Below are positions 16,096 through 25,800 of a stretch of 38,811 nucleotides of DNA, one piece after another. The position numbers and the translations under genes were made by a program. The notes below the pieces were generated by a model that was given only the letters and a program-made list of their open reading frames with translations, made no database searches and had not been told where the DNA came from. This stretch comes from a virus (taxonomy: Duplodnaviria > Caudoviricetes), in the IMG/VR virus record IMGVR_UViG_3300008255_000238, positions 1 through 38,811 of that record; one strand, given 5' to 3'. The number at the start of each line of letters is the position of its first letter. Position 1 is the stretch's first letter.

Positions 16096-16281
16096 TCATA
16101 ATATTAATATAAGCCAAAGCTCAAAATTGTTAGTATTCACATCAACGTCGATATATATCTTTTCTTTTTTATCACTTAACCAGAAGCCATAAAAGTGTTC
16201 TAATTCTCCTCGATCATTAAAATCGACCGAAAGAATATTCCAATATAACTCCAATTCCTTATCCCACATTCGAATTTTCAT
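16096..16281 (-). CDS. Hypothetical protein, YopX-like N-terminus
   Basis: MKIRMWDKE...SVDF start pattern. Confidence 0.45.
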   Translation of the reverse strand: MKIRMWDKELELYWNILSVDFNDRGELEHFYGFWLSDKKEKIYIDVDVNTNNFELWLILIL

Positions 16282-16420
16282 ATTTTACTTCAGAAATAAT
16301 AAACCCTTTTCCTTCACATTTATAACATTGACCGGCAAAACTTCCATTCTCCTTTGATCCACGGCATACAGGACATATGTTTTTTTTACAAAGAATATAT
16401 CCGGGCTTAATGTTTTTCAT
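16259..16420 (-). CDS. DnaJ-type Zn-finger miniprotein, 53 aa (not in ORF track)
   Basis: CPVCRGS...CYKCEGKG. Confidence 0.65.
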   Translation of the reverse strand: MKNIKPGYILCKKNICPVCRGSKENGSFAGQCYKCEGKGFIISEVKYENSNVG

Positions 16421-16421
16421 A

Positions 16422-16883
16422 TTAGAACAATGTAACTTGCGGATCTCTATAACGCGCTATATAATTTTTGTTCTTATCAAGAAAAGACCACAATTTAGGA
16501 ATTTTATGTATATAACTATACTCCTCAACGTGGATGGCTTCCTCACCCTGTTTCAATGGATGCTTCGAGATCCTGATGGGAATCTTTATTTTTCCGGCGA
16601 AGAAATCTCTACATCTTTGCATATTGAGTCCATAGTGACCCGCTACATCATCAGGATTGTATACGAGACCACCAAACCATCTCCAATAGGCGAAATTTGC
16701 GCTTACAACGTCGTTTGTAATCAAATGCTTAACTTCCTGCTTTGTAAATTCATGTCGATTCTTTTCCTCACACCATTGCAATATATTCCAAAGAGTCTCA
16801 GCCATACCGTCAAAAAGTGTTATTTGCCTTTCATTTATTGATCTCCCGCAAGTCGGGCAAGATTGCTTGTTTATTGTGCTCAT
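16422..16883 (-). CDS. Hypothetical protein (N-terminal CxxC, C-terminal QVTLF)
   Basis: 153-aa ORF; CPTCG; ends DPQVTLF. Confidence 0.65.
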   Translation of the reverse strand: MSTINKQSCPTCGRSINERQITLFDGMAETLWNILQWCEEKNRHEFTKQEVKHLITNDVVSANFAYWRWFGGLVYNPDDVAGHYGLNMQRCRDFFAGKIKIPIRISKHPLKQGEEAIHVEEYSYIHKIPKLWSFLDKNKNYIARYRDPQVTLF

Positions 16884-17056
16884 ATATTTTGTTGTTCAAT
16901 GAATAATGTTGGTTGATTCGGATCCGCTTGTATTCTCCGGCAATTTCTACAAAGTCCACCCTTTACTCTGGACCTTTTGAATGATTGAAATATCTTTCCA
17001 CATTTATCGCAATCATTATTGAAATATAGCCGGCGCTCTTTATATTCTCTTCTCAT
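16880..17056 (-). CDS. Zn-ribbon miniprotein, 58 aa (not in ORF track)
   Basis: CDKCG...CRNC...QPTLF; ATGA-coupled at both ends. Confidence 0.65.
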   Translation of the reverse strand: MRREYKERRLYFNNDCDKCGKIFQSFKRSRVKGGLCRNCRRIQADPNQPTLFIEQQNI

Positions 17057-17403
17057 AAGTTATCTAAATCAGGTATTAAAAAGTAACCATTTCTCCATTC
17101 ATTTCGCTTGAGATCGTCAACATATAGGACCAAATACAGATCTTTGACCTTTCTACAATTGCCATAAAATTGACATACCATGTATGCATGACGCCCATTA
17201 TATGTTCGATCAATAATACAGACTTCCCCCCTTAGTATTAAATGGTTCCTGTCGGTCTTTTTGTCCGGGAATAAAAGAAAGTCGCCCCAACTGTCGGCCT
17301 CATTATCTTCTGAAAAGAATATATTCGGATTTTTTTTGATCCACTTCTCAAGTCTATTACAATAATCTGCTGTTATTAATTTTCTGTCTTTTATGCTTCT
17401 CAT
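17053..17403 (-). CDS. Hypothetical protein
   Basis: 116-aa ORF with ATGA overlaps at both ends. Confidence 0.65.
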   Translation of the reverse strand: MRSIKDRKLITADYCNRLEKWIKKNPNIFFSEDNEADSWGDFLLFPDKKTDRNHLILRGEVCIIDRTYNGRHAYMVCQFYGNCRKVKDLYLVLYVDDLKRNEWRNGYFLIPDLDNL

Positions 17404-17585
17404 ATTCTCTTCAATAAAAATCTAATGGCTGTTACAAGACTTACCTTATTCTGACACATCGGATGTATCATTCCCTCCTCTGAAAACGTTCCCTTGAAAT
17501 ATTGACGTCCTGAATACCATCCAAAGTCAACAAACCCGCCCTTTGGTTTTTTAATATCAAATTCGTATTCGCTGTAAATATTCAT
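17400..17585 (-). CDS. Small protein paralogous to the N-terminus of 31723..32916
   Basis: IKKPKGGFVDFGWYSGRQYFKGTFSEEGMIHP vs IKPPSGGFQEGGWYSGRQYWAGTLSDPGAIHP. Confidence 0.7.
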   Translation of the reverse strand: MNIYSEYEFDIKKPKGGFVDFGWYSGRQYFKGTFSEEGMIHPMCQNKVSLVTAIRFLLKRI

Positions 17586-17665
17586 ACTTATACACAAATG
17601 TTTATAACTCGTGGAGAACTTTGCTCAAGGTAGTCATTAGCTCCTCGAGCAAAGTCCCCTCCACA

Positions 17666-18508
17666 CTAAAAAGGTTCATCTCCCGCTTCAACCGTATCAC
17701 TTTCCGGTTCTTTTTTAGAATCGAGAAAATCCCCATTACTACCTGCCGCCTCATCGCCCTTTATAGCTTTCGCTGAGATGAGTGACTCAATAGTATCTTC
17801 CACTATTTCCACATGATTTTTCAAGAATTTGAACTCTTCCGGATCCATTACGAGGACCGGAGAGCCGTCTTCAGTTTTTTCGATTTCAAAGTCAATGACC
17901 CAGCTCTTGCCGTATGCATTCGCTACTTTCTTGGTTGTAAATTTAACCGTTAACGCAAACATAGGAATTGCAACTGGCTTCATTTTCGTATACTTTGATG
18001 CTTCCTTTCCAAACTCCCACATAGGTGAAAGCTTCAATCCTGTCATGTACATAATAAACGGTTTCATTTCTGTACCGCTAATAATCACGCCTCCCATGAC
18101 CTGATTGAATATCGATTTCTTTTCCATTCCTTCAGCTCGGAATCCTTTTGAGATTGTTAAGATATGACATCTGACGCTCTCAAACTGTTCTCCTGTCTGT
18201 TTATAAAAGAATGCTCCATCCTTTGGCTCATCACCATTTGAAAGCTCGTTCTTTGTGCTTTTTCCGACTGAGTGAACTTTTAGAAGAGGTAATTCTCCGG
18301 AGAGATTCTCCGATCCCAATTGAGCGCTTTCTGAGTACATCTCAGATAATTCCCTATTGTCTCGAAGTTGTTCAAGTTGGCTAAGAGCCAATTGATTTCC
18401 CTTCTCTTCTGCTTTCTCAGTCTTTTGCTTTTCGATTCGATTCTTTTCGTTGACCTCATGTAGCATTTTTACTGCTGATGATTCTTCTTTGTTTTCTTCC
18501 TTTGACAT
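17666..18508 (-). CDS. Putative ssDNA-binding/recombination protein
   Basis: Beta-rich core with aromatic residues and acidic tail ending DEPF, as in SSB C-termini; GGAGG upstream; function is inference. Confidence 0.45.
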   Translation of the reverse strand: MSKEENKEESSAVKMLHEVNEKNRIEKQKTEKAEEKGNQLALSQLEQLRDNRELSEMYSESAQLGSENLSGELPLLKVHSVGKSTKNELSNGDEPKDGAFFYKQTGEQFESVRCHILTISKGFRAEGMEKKSIFNQVMGGVIISGTEMKPFIMYMTGLKLSPMWEFGKEASKYTKMKPVAIPMFALTVKFTTKKVANAYGKSWVIDFEIEKTEDGSPVLVMDPEEFKFLKNHVEIVEDTIESLISAKAIKGDEAAGSNGDFLDSKKEPESDTVEAGDEPF

Positions 18509-18515
18509 ATATTAT

Positions 18516-18704
18516 TCACCTCCCTTCATTTTTAACCTTCATTTTTAATTTTTTATACTCTTCACTACTTTCAAAAATACGTTCCCATCGAAATATTGTT
18601 TTATCCGGATCAAGCATAAAATCCTTAATTAATATATGTGTTCCTCCGTTGAAGTCAATGCAAATTGTTCCAATCTCTGAAGCAATTATCTTGTCTACTA
18701 TCAT
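18516..18704 (-). CDS. Hypothetical protein
   Basis: 62-aa ORF tightly packed in the operon. Confidence 0.55.
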   Translation of the reverse strand: MIVDKIIASEIGTICIDFNGGTHILIKDFMLDPDKTIFRWERIFESSEEYKKLKMKVKNEGR

Positions 18705-18708
18705 ATTT

Positions 18709-18900
18709 TTATTTCAACCTATCCTCAACTAATAACGGCGTACTGCAATCCTCTTGATACCCATATACTGCACATTGATACTTGTTATGCCTATCAAGGC
18801 GCTCATCCTGTGATTTCAAAACAAAGACAGCCAATACAAGGAAAATAATGACACATAGTACAAATATTTTTCCGATGTTATTATGAATAAAATCTTCCAT
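18709..18900 (-). CDS. Small membrane protein
   Basis: IFVLCVIIFLVLAVFVL TM segment. Confidence 0.6.
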   Translation of the reverse strand: MEDFIHNNIGKIFVLCVIIFLVLAVFVLKSQDERLDRHNKYQCAVYGYQEDCSTPLLVEDRLK

Positions 18901-18901
18901 A

Positions 18902-19108
18902 TTACTTTTTTACTTTAACTGTTATTGCACCGCCTCCACTGCATCGAGCACAAGTTGACTGAGTACCATAATCATAATAATCTGATACGCCTTCCCCACT
19001 ACAAAGAGGACAAACAATTATTGCTCCATTTTTGATAACCTTTATTACAACTGGTGAAGCTTCAACCTTGATATCGTTTTTTTGTATTACATCTGTAAAT
19101 AATCCCAT
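18902..19108 (-). CDS. DnaJ-type Zn-finger miniprotein
   Basis: CPLCSGEG...CARCSGGG; likely start 19108. Confidence 0.65.
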   Translation of the reverse strand: MGLFTDVIQKNDIKVEASPVVIKVIKNGAIIVCPLCSGEGVSDYYDYGTQSTCARCSGGGAITVKVKK

Positions 19109-19109
19109 A

Positions 19110-19268
19110 TTACTTTTTTGAATTGAAACTTTCAGATATTCTCTCAATCAATCCTCTTACAATTGAACCAATTGATTCCCCGGATTTGTATGATATTTTT
19201 CGAAGCTTCGAATGCTGATCTTCGGAGACCAATATGTGAAGTTGTTTGCTTACTTTTTTTGTTTCCAT
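19110..19268 (-). CDS. Ribbon-helix-helix DNA-binding protein
   Basis: KQLHILVSEDQHSKLRKIS...SIGSIVRGLIE; ATG 19268 just after a promoter. Confidence 0.65.
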   Translation of the reverse strand: METKKVSKQLHILVSEDQHSKLRKISYKSGESIGSIVRGLIERISESFNSKK

Positions 19269-19275
19269 ATGTATA

Positions 19276-19304
19276 ACTGTACATGAGTATACAGATGTTG
19301 TCAA
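19276..19304 (-). promoter_or_regulatory. Leaderless promoter TTGACA-N17-TACAGT
   Basis: 7 nt upstream of ATG 19268; overlapped by repeated TGTAYA-like boxes. Confidence 0.65.
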
Positions 19305-19531
19305 GGGGTATTTTTTCGCAATAGGAGGCTCATTATTTCAGGAGGCGCGTTTAGAACTCCATCTTGAAACCATCCAAGATCTGTTGCTTCAACTATGGCT
19401 CTATTTCTGAAATCTTCATCTATTAATGGAAAGGTATCAGGATTCAAAATCGTTCTTATTCCATGTATTGCAAGCGCAACACTCGCCGCATTGAGTAATT
19501 GTTTTATTTCTGGTCTTCCATCTGTTTCCAT
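19301..19531 (-). CDS. Hypothetical protein
   Basis: 76-aa ORF. Confidence 0.55.
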   Translation of the reverse strand: METDGRPEIKQLLNAASVALAIHGIRTILNPDTFPLIDEDFRNRAIVEATDLGWFQDGVLNAPPEIMSLLLRKNTP

Positions 19532-19899
19532 ATTTTTTGACGATAATTGAAAATGGTTTTTTGAATTTTCGGATTTCCGGCGTTTATTCGAGAAAGACCT
19601 ATTGATTTCTCATAAATACCTTGATCTCGTATTTGCTCCGGTTCCATCTCTGTAATATCTATTCCGCCGTACATCGTTCCACATACCGCCATATTATCAT
19701 GCACAACGTGGCAATTTGGGCATAGTATAACAAGATTTGCAATGCTTGTCTCTCCTCCCATACCGTAGGGCAAGATATGATGAGCCTGACAGTAACCAAG
19801 TACTTCCTGCCAAAGATCCGCACCGCATTCTCCACACATGAACTCCTGTCTTACTAGACCAATCTCTTTTTCTTCAGGTGTATAGAATCTTTTTTCCAT
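19504..19899 (-). CDS. HNH endonuclease
   Basis: CGECG, AHHILP, GG, NLVILCPNCH...H. Confidence 0.9.
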   Translation of the reverse strand: MEKRFYTPEEKEIGLVRQEFMCGECGADLWQEVLGYCQAHHILPYGMGGETSIANLVILCPNCHVVHDNMAVCGTMYGGIDITEMEPEQIRDQGIYEKSIGLSRINAGNPKIQKTIFNYRQKIWKQMEDQK

Positions 19900-20203
19900 C
19901 GGCGGCGATTATATATATTGAAAACACATTCTGCTCTTAATAGTAACAAAAAAAAAGAATACAGTTAATAGTAAGGAAGTAATATGCGGGTAAGACGCAA
20001 GAGGGACCGTACCCCCGTCAAAAGAGTATGTATTTTCGACGATTTTTTCCGTTTTCTCTCGGATCGCCTAAATCAACCTATCAGCTCCGGCGTTTTTCAT
20101 CCGGAGGGGAAGGGACTTGTTTGATGTGAGTACCCCCTTCCATTTCGTACATGCGGTCTAAGACGATCTCGATTGCTGTCGAGATAGCATCAGGACTTTA
20201 TGC

Positions 20204-20557
20204 TCAGGCGCTTTTCTGTGATGCGACACCGCCTAATTTAACCCCCCTGTCGCGAGAACCATGCTCATCTAATATTGCGATTATCTGTTGAAAGGTTTCT
20301 GCGATCTCGTGTTGTGCTTTGAGATCATCTTTGAAGAAGTTACTGAGAATAAAATTACGAACCGAGCGAAGAAGCTCTTTACATTTCTTTATATTGAGAG
20401 TGTTAGTTTGTTCCATAAAAAAACCTATTTGTACTTTGGAGAGTCGCCGGAAAAGCAACTTTGGAAAGTTTGTCTCTCCAAAGAACAAATAGGTCTGTTC
20501 CCATTGCTTTTCACCTAAGCGTTTATAGTCCTCTTTCCGTAGGACTGCCGGTTTCAC
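20204..20557 (-). CDS. Hypothetical protein (start uncertain)
   Basis: 117-aa ORF downstream of TTGACA-N18-TATATT (20568-20597). Confidence 0.45.
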   Translation of the reverse strand: MKPAVLRKEDYKRLGEKQWEQTYLFFGETNFPKLLFRRLSKVQIGFFMEQTNTLNIKKCKELLRSVRNFILSNFFKDDLKAQHEIAETFQQIIAILDEHGSRDRGVKLGGVASQKSA

Positions 20558-20604
20558 CGTATATATGAATATACACGATGACTGTACTTATTGTCAAACG
20601 ATTA

Positions 20605-20838
20605 TCAATTGCCGCCTATTTTCTCACCGACTCTATAGAATCCTGATGATGCAAGCGCAACTATAATTCCTGTTTCAACATTAAGACCAAACATACTAAG
20701 AGATCCAAGAATGACTCCTGTTAAGACTGCCATTCCAAAAAAAGCAAATCCCCAATATCCCATTGTTTGTGCATCTTTCAAAAGTCTAAATCCATTTACT
20801 AATCCGACTATTACTGCCATTGCTTCAAGGTTTTCCAT
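20605..20838 (-). CDS. Holin-like membrane protein
   Basis: Two to three TM segments, GIIVALASSGFY motif, near the endolysin. Confidence 0.65.
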   Translation of the reverse strand: MENLEAMAVIVGLVNGFRLLKDAQTMGYWGFAFFGMAVLTGVILGSLSMFGLNVETGIIVALASSGFYRVGEKIGGN

Positions 20839-21091
20839 ATTTTTTACCTTTCTTTTTACTGAACCAAATATTAATTTTTGTGAAAACGATTTTCCATCCG
20901 TTATTTATTAAGTTATCGAACCTTTTTCTCCAATCCCTTATGAGTCGTTCATAGCTCAGGATCAACCTTTTTTCTTGCTCCCGATGTTCTCGCAATTCTT
21001 TTCTCAGAGTGCTAATGCGTTTCTTCAATTTTTTTTCTTTTTGAGTTTTATCAACAAGGTCCTGTTGGATTTTTTTATACGCCGTTCTCAT
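20825..21091 (-). CDS. Basic coiled-coil protein in the lysis cassette
   Basis: K/R/E-rich heptads; likely start 21091. Confidence 0.5.
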   Translation of the reverse strand: MRTAYKKIQQDLVDKTQKEKKLKKRISTLRKELREHREQEKRLILSYERLIRDWRKRFDNLINNGWKIVFTKINIWFSKKKGKKYGKP

Positions 21092-21977
21092 AAAGTATAT
21101 TTCGTAATTTTGTTCTCTTTTTTTGCCATGAATTTTTACCAATCCACCACCACGGTTTTCGAATTTCAGCGATCAATTCATTTAATATTTTTTCACAATC
21201 AACCGGAGCCGGAATTTCTTGGCTTGGTGAGACTGATGGAGACGGTGAGATGCTAGGACTCAAAGAAGCCGATGGTGAGAGAGATGCTGATCGCGATGCC
21301 GATGGGCTTGGAGACGATGATCTGCTCTTTGAGCTTGATGGACTTATGCTAGGACTCTCAGAGGATTGTTCTTGTCTAGGAAGTCCATACTTTTTGAATT
21401 GTATTGCATCTCCAAAAAACCAACACCCATCTGTTTTCCCGACAATACCCGGAACTATTTGTGAGCTGGTCCATTGTTGCATTGCCATCATTCCCCATTG
21501 ACCTGTATTTACTTCACTAATAGGAACATATGCAGCAAGCCATAGAGCAAAGCTTCCATCAATGACCGGTTGCCAATCAAATTTCTTTACTTGTGATTGA
21601 TTCAAATATATGAAGCATTTGATTCCTGTTCTATAACGGACCCGATTGAGAAAGTCATTACACCATTGAACAACTGGAAAGGGATTTGAATTTGGTTCAT
21701 AATCTAAGCAAAGAACCTCACCTTCCTTGAGCGGAAATACAGTATTAACAAACCAATCAGCCTCATTTAGAGCGCTATTATTAAGATCCGGACGGGCAAA
21801 ATGGTAATATCCGACAAGTAATCCAACACGACGAGCTTCTGCTCTATTTCTTGAAAATTTTGGATCAATGTAACCGTTTCCTTCTGTAGCTTTTATAATA
21901 ACGAAGTTTGAGTTATTTTTATAAATATCGAAATCAATGTTTCCTTGCCAGCTTGATATGTCATTTCCTACAATCAT
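21075..21977 (-). CDS. GH25 muramidase endolysin with Ser/Pro linker and basic Trp-rich C-terminal helix
   Basis: GNDISSWQG, IKATEG, GYYHFA, LDYE, LWLAAY, QWTS; SP tract at about 21222-21365. Confidence 0.9.
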   Translation of the reverse strand: MIVGNDISSWQGNIDFDIYKNNSNFVIIKATEGNGYIDPKFSRNRAEARRVGLLVGYYHFARPDLNNSALNEADWFVNTVFPLKEGEVLCLDYEPNSNPFPVVQWCNDFLNRVRYRTGIKCFIYLNQSQVKKFDWQPVIDGSFALWLAAYVPISEVNTGQWGMMAMQQWTSSQIVPGIVGKTDGCWFFGDAIQFKKYGLPRQEQSSESPSISPSSSKSRSSSPSPSASRSASLSPSASLSPSISPSPSVSPSQEIPAPVDCEKILNELIAEIRKPWWWIGKNSWQKKRTKLRNILYENGV

Positions 21978-21985
21978 ATACAGAT

Positions 21986-22015
21986 ATTATAATCCTATTT
22001 TATATAATAAGTCAA
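21986..22015 (-). promoter_or_regulatory. Leaderless promoter TTGACT-N18-TATAAT for the endolysin
   Basis: Consensus -10 8 nt upstream of ATG 21977. Confidence 0.7.
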
Positions 22016-22308
22016 ATGTTTTTATTGATCTTTGTACTTCCGTTTGTTTTCTTTATTGTATCTGTGTTTTCACCAACAGCATCGGTGAGGTCCTCAGTAG
22101 CAGGAGTATTTTTTCTTACTTCAATCACACTCCTATCAACAGCATCGGTAAGTTTTTGAAGCGCTCGTGCAAGAACAATTCGTTCCTTTCCCGAATCAAT
22201 CATTACCTTCGTAACAGTATCATCCCTTTTTACGAGATACCAAATGAATGCGATGGTAATAAAAACCGTTGAGCCTAATTGTACAGAGGGTAATATGAAT
22301 TGTTCCAT
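22012..22308 (-). CDS. Holin-like protein (N-terminal TM plus coiled coil)
   Basis: QLGSTVFITIAFIWYL then coiled coil; upstream of the endolysin. Confidence 0.5.
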   Translation of the reverse strand: MEQFILPSVQLGSTVFITIAFIWYLVKRDDTVTKVMIDSGKERIVLARALQKLTDAVDRSVIEVRKNTPATEDLTDAVGENTDTIKKTNGSTKINKNI

Positions 22309-22309
22309 A

Positions 22310-22651
22310 TTAATATTTTATAAAAATGAAAGCAAGAATTGCTCCAACTACGGCAAGAATGATATATTCAATGATTTTGTTTGCAATATTAATTGTTGGC
22401 TTCTGTTCTGCGTCAATGATCCGGAGTTCTGCTATCTTGGCATATATTCTCGCTACTTGAGTATTTATTGAGGTTCCTAGATCAAGTATGGACGTATTCA
22501 TTCCCATCAGAGTATCGTTTATGTGAATGAGATGATTTGTTTTGATTTCAGTAATCCCTTGAGTAATATTGTCAAGTTTTACGTCCAAAACGGCTTGATG
22601 CTTCTCGAGTTCTGCAATTTTTGTGCTTTGCTGTGTTTGGTCGTCTACCAT
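22310..22651 (-). CDS. XhlA-like membrane protein (coiled coil plus C-terminal TM)
   Basis: KIAELEKH...; C-terminal IILAVVGAILAFIFI. Confidence 0.55.
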   Translation of the reverse strand: MVDDQTQQSTKIAELEKHQAVLDVKLDNITQGITEIKTNHLIHINDTLMGMNTSILDLGTSINTQVARIYAKIAELRIIDAEQKPTINIANKIIEYIILAVVGAILAFIFIKY

Positions 22652-22692
22652 ATACATCAATCGTACCAACTGAAACCATGTAAACACAACCG

Positions 22693-22851
22693 CTAATCTG
22701 CCATATAGTAGTCACCGCGCGATCCATACATCCCCACGCCATGCGAGTCACGAAATAACGTCTTGAATGCTGTATAAAAAAAGGACGCTATAATAAGCGA
22801 TATCAATATACCTGCAAATATATTCCCAACTATTTTTTCGAACTTCTTCAT
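22693..22851 (-). CDS. 52-aa membrane peptide (not in ORF track)
   Basis: MKKFEKIVGNIFAGILISLIIASFFYTAF... Confidence 0.45.
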   Translation of the reverse strand: MKKFEKIVGNIFAGILISLIIASFFYTAFKTLFRDSHGVGMYGSRGDYYMAD

Positions 22852-22875
22852 GTTTATTCATATTCGCTTTTCCGG

Positions 22876-25800
22876 TTATTTTTTCCTGCTCTTTATTTCA
22901 GCAAGTGTTTTTTGTGCAATTTCAGTTTGAAGTGTTTGAATTTTCTTGATACGATCAGCTTTCTCCTGCGGATTCATATTTTCTGACTGTTTTATTAGAT
23001 CAACTGCTTTGTTGAGTGTTGAGAAGGTATCAACAGCTCCTGTGTATGTAATAGCGTCAATAGCGTTTGGATGGTTCTTGGCATACGCCTTCGCTTTCTC
23101 AACATCTCCATCTTTGACCATTTTCTTGATATAGGTCCATTCAGCGTTTGTTTGTGCGTATTCGTTATATACACGGTTAACTGATTCTGATCCTGAGCCT
23201 ATCGGATCCCGAACCATGAACGCCTTTATTACTGGCATCTCTTCAAGTGTCTTTGCTGGCTTTGGTGGAGTGACTACAATTCCGGTCCCTACAAGTATTG
23301 CATCCATTCCGCTCATTGCGTATTTTCCAAGCCCTGCGCCATAACCATTGACTAGATTGTCAATCTTTGCCGGAGAGTAATTTACTACTTCTCCAAGTAT
23401 TTTTGACGTCTCAGTTGTATATGGACCGTATTGCTGAGCCGATGGATAAGATTCTTTTCCACGACTTACAATCGGACGATCCAAGAATATTGAGTAGTTT
23501 GATAAATTTTCTACTATCGGAATAATTGCTGTTGGCATCCAGCCCGGAGTAAAGCCATCCGCGATATTATTTGCAAGTTCATTCATTATGGTTGGATCCT
23601 TTGTATCTATAGCCTCCATCACGCGTTCCGGTACTGATGCAAAGAGTGACCCGAGCTCGAATGGCTTTGGGATTCTCCAAATATGATCAGGAGTCATTAT
23701 TATCCAAAACATATTCTTTTGCCATTGTGGTATTTCCTTCCATCTCTTATCTTTGCGATTTGCAAGATAGAGGAGGATTGATGGGAGTGTTAAGAGAAAT
23801 AACGCTTTCCATAATGTTTGAAACGGTCGATTCTTGAAACTTCTAACCATTGTGTCGGTTCCATTGAGATTTGCTCCAAAAAATGCAATGATTCCATTAG
23901 CTCCACGCGTCCACGAACCAAGTCGATTAAAGTCAAGAGTCACGTTTCGAGAAGCAAATGCTGATTCAATAGGATCTTTTCCACGAGCAAGCGCATTCCT
24001 CATCTCTCCAAGTCTTGTTCCGGCTTCTCCTAGTTCTGAGAGCATTTGAAGAACTTTGAGGGGATTTTTTATATTTGTGATAATCCTTTCACCATTAGTC
24101 GCAAATAGTTCCTTCATATCCTTTTGAAGTCCCTTGCGGTCCATAGAAACAAGCATCGCCTGTTCTCCTCCTCCTGCCTTCCATAAATTATATGTATCTC
24201 TTCCAAATTTCTGAGGTTGTATCAATTCCCATACTCCACGAATCAAGTCAACTCCGGGAACAAATCCATGTTCTGAGTAAACGCCGGCTGTGAATTGATC
24301 TCGCAATGGATTTCTTACTGAGAAATCAGGGGATAAAGTTGCTCCGGCTCTTAGAGCTTTTGCCGGAAATCCAAGAATCTTCATAATCATCGAGACATCC
24401 TCAACGTTCATTCCTTGAATTGACTTGAATAGATCCGGATCAACTTCAAAGACTTTTTGTTTATCGCCCATATTGACATTGAGCATATTTGGTCCGGTTG
24501 CATAGGTTGGTCTGAAAAGAGTGACCATCATTTCACCAAGCTCTTCAGGAAAGTCTATATCCTCAAGCTCAGTTCCTTTTGTTACCTTATCCATTACCTC
24601 CTGAACGTTTACCGTGACAGGCTTCATAGGCTTGACCACTTCTTCAAACAACCGTCCGAGTTCGTGATTTGCACCTGAGACGTTTGCCATTGCGACTCCT
24701 ATGTTATTTCGTTCAGCGGCGTTTATGATTGCGTAGGTGTCTTTTATATCACTTTCAAGAGGATCGATAATCTCACGCTCTGATCCTTTTATTTTCTTAA
24801 TAGGATTGTTCAAATTTCCACCGATTTTTGATTTGCCAAGGAATTTCGCTCCACTCTCTTCCATTACGCGATAGAACGGTACATGGTATTTATTGAACTT
24901 TTTGATTTTCTTCAATCCCTCTTCTCCAATGAGTCCATTATCTTTTGCATAATCAAGCAATGCATCTTTGTATTGCCTTCTCTCTTCGGCAACGCGTTCA
25001 AAATTTGGATATTTGTTTTCAAGCTCTGTAATTGCGGTCTTCGCGTCCTTGAGATCGATTCCTGATACTATTTCACGAGGAGCAAGGTCGTTGACTATGC
25101 GTTGAGATACTATGTATACTCTGAAATCATCGAGATGGTCCATGACCGGATCCATGATCTCGGTGTACCCTTTACCGGTGAAATTCATTCTAGTCTTACC
25201 ATCTTTGTCTACCTTCCAGAACTCTTTTCCAAATGTTCCACCGTTTAGAAATAAATCAGCTTTTCCCATCCATCCTTTGAGATTGCGAGCGAGAACATAT
25301 GGATCTTGAGGTGAAGGTAACTTCTGACCTGTTTGTTTTTTATATAGACTCGAAAATTCATTGAGAGGGTGAAGGTCGTCGAGTGTTAGTGTATAAAGCT
25401 CATGTAATTTATTTACAACACGATCCTTGAGAGGTCCGGGCTTTTCTCCTCCAATTGACAGATGAGAAAGTATCTTTGCAACTGCTGGCTGTTGGTTCCA
25501 GCGTTTGAAATCTTCTGTTGCTGTATTTATCACATTATCAACTTCCGGAATCTCTTTTATCTTCTCATTGAACACTTTGTCAAATTCCGGTCCCCATTGA
25601 TTGATCTTCTCGGTCTGACCGGTCATCCTGAAGCGCATGTATTCAGCGAAAGCTTCCTTCTTTTGTTTCTCAGGCTGTCCTGAATAGGATACTCCATATT
25701 CGCTCATTAGAAGTTCGCGTTCTGTTATTGAAATATCTTTGGAGAAACCGATTGTATCATCCAAGTAATGAGCCACTTCATGGAATATTGTATTGAGACC

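Noticed and set aside
17498-17523. 26-bp and 43-bp repeats as attL/attR or DGR template/variable repeats
   Set aside because: No integrase or reverse transcriptase in the window, differences are not adenine-specific, and the repeats do not bound a prophage.
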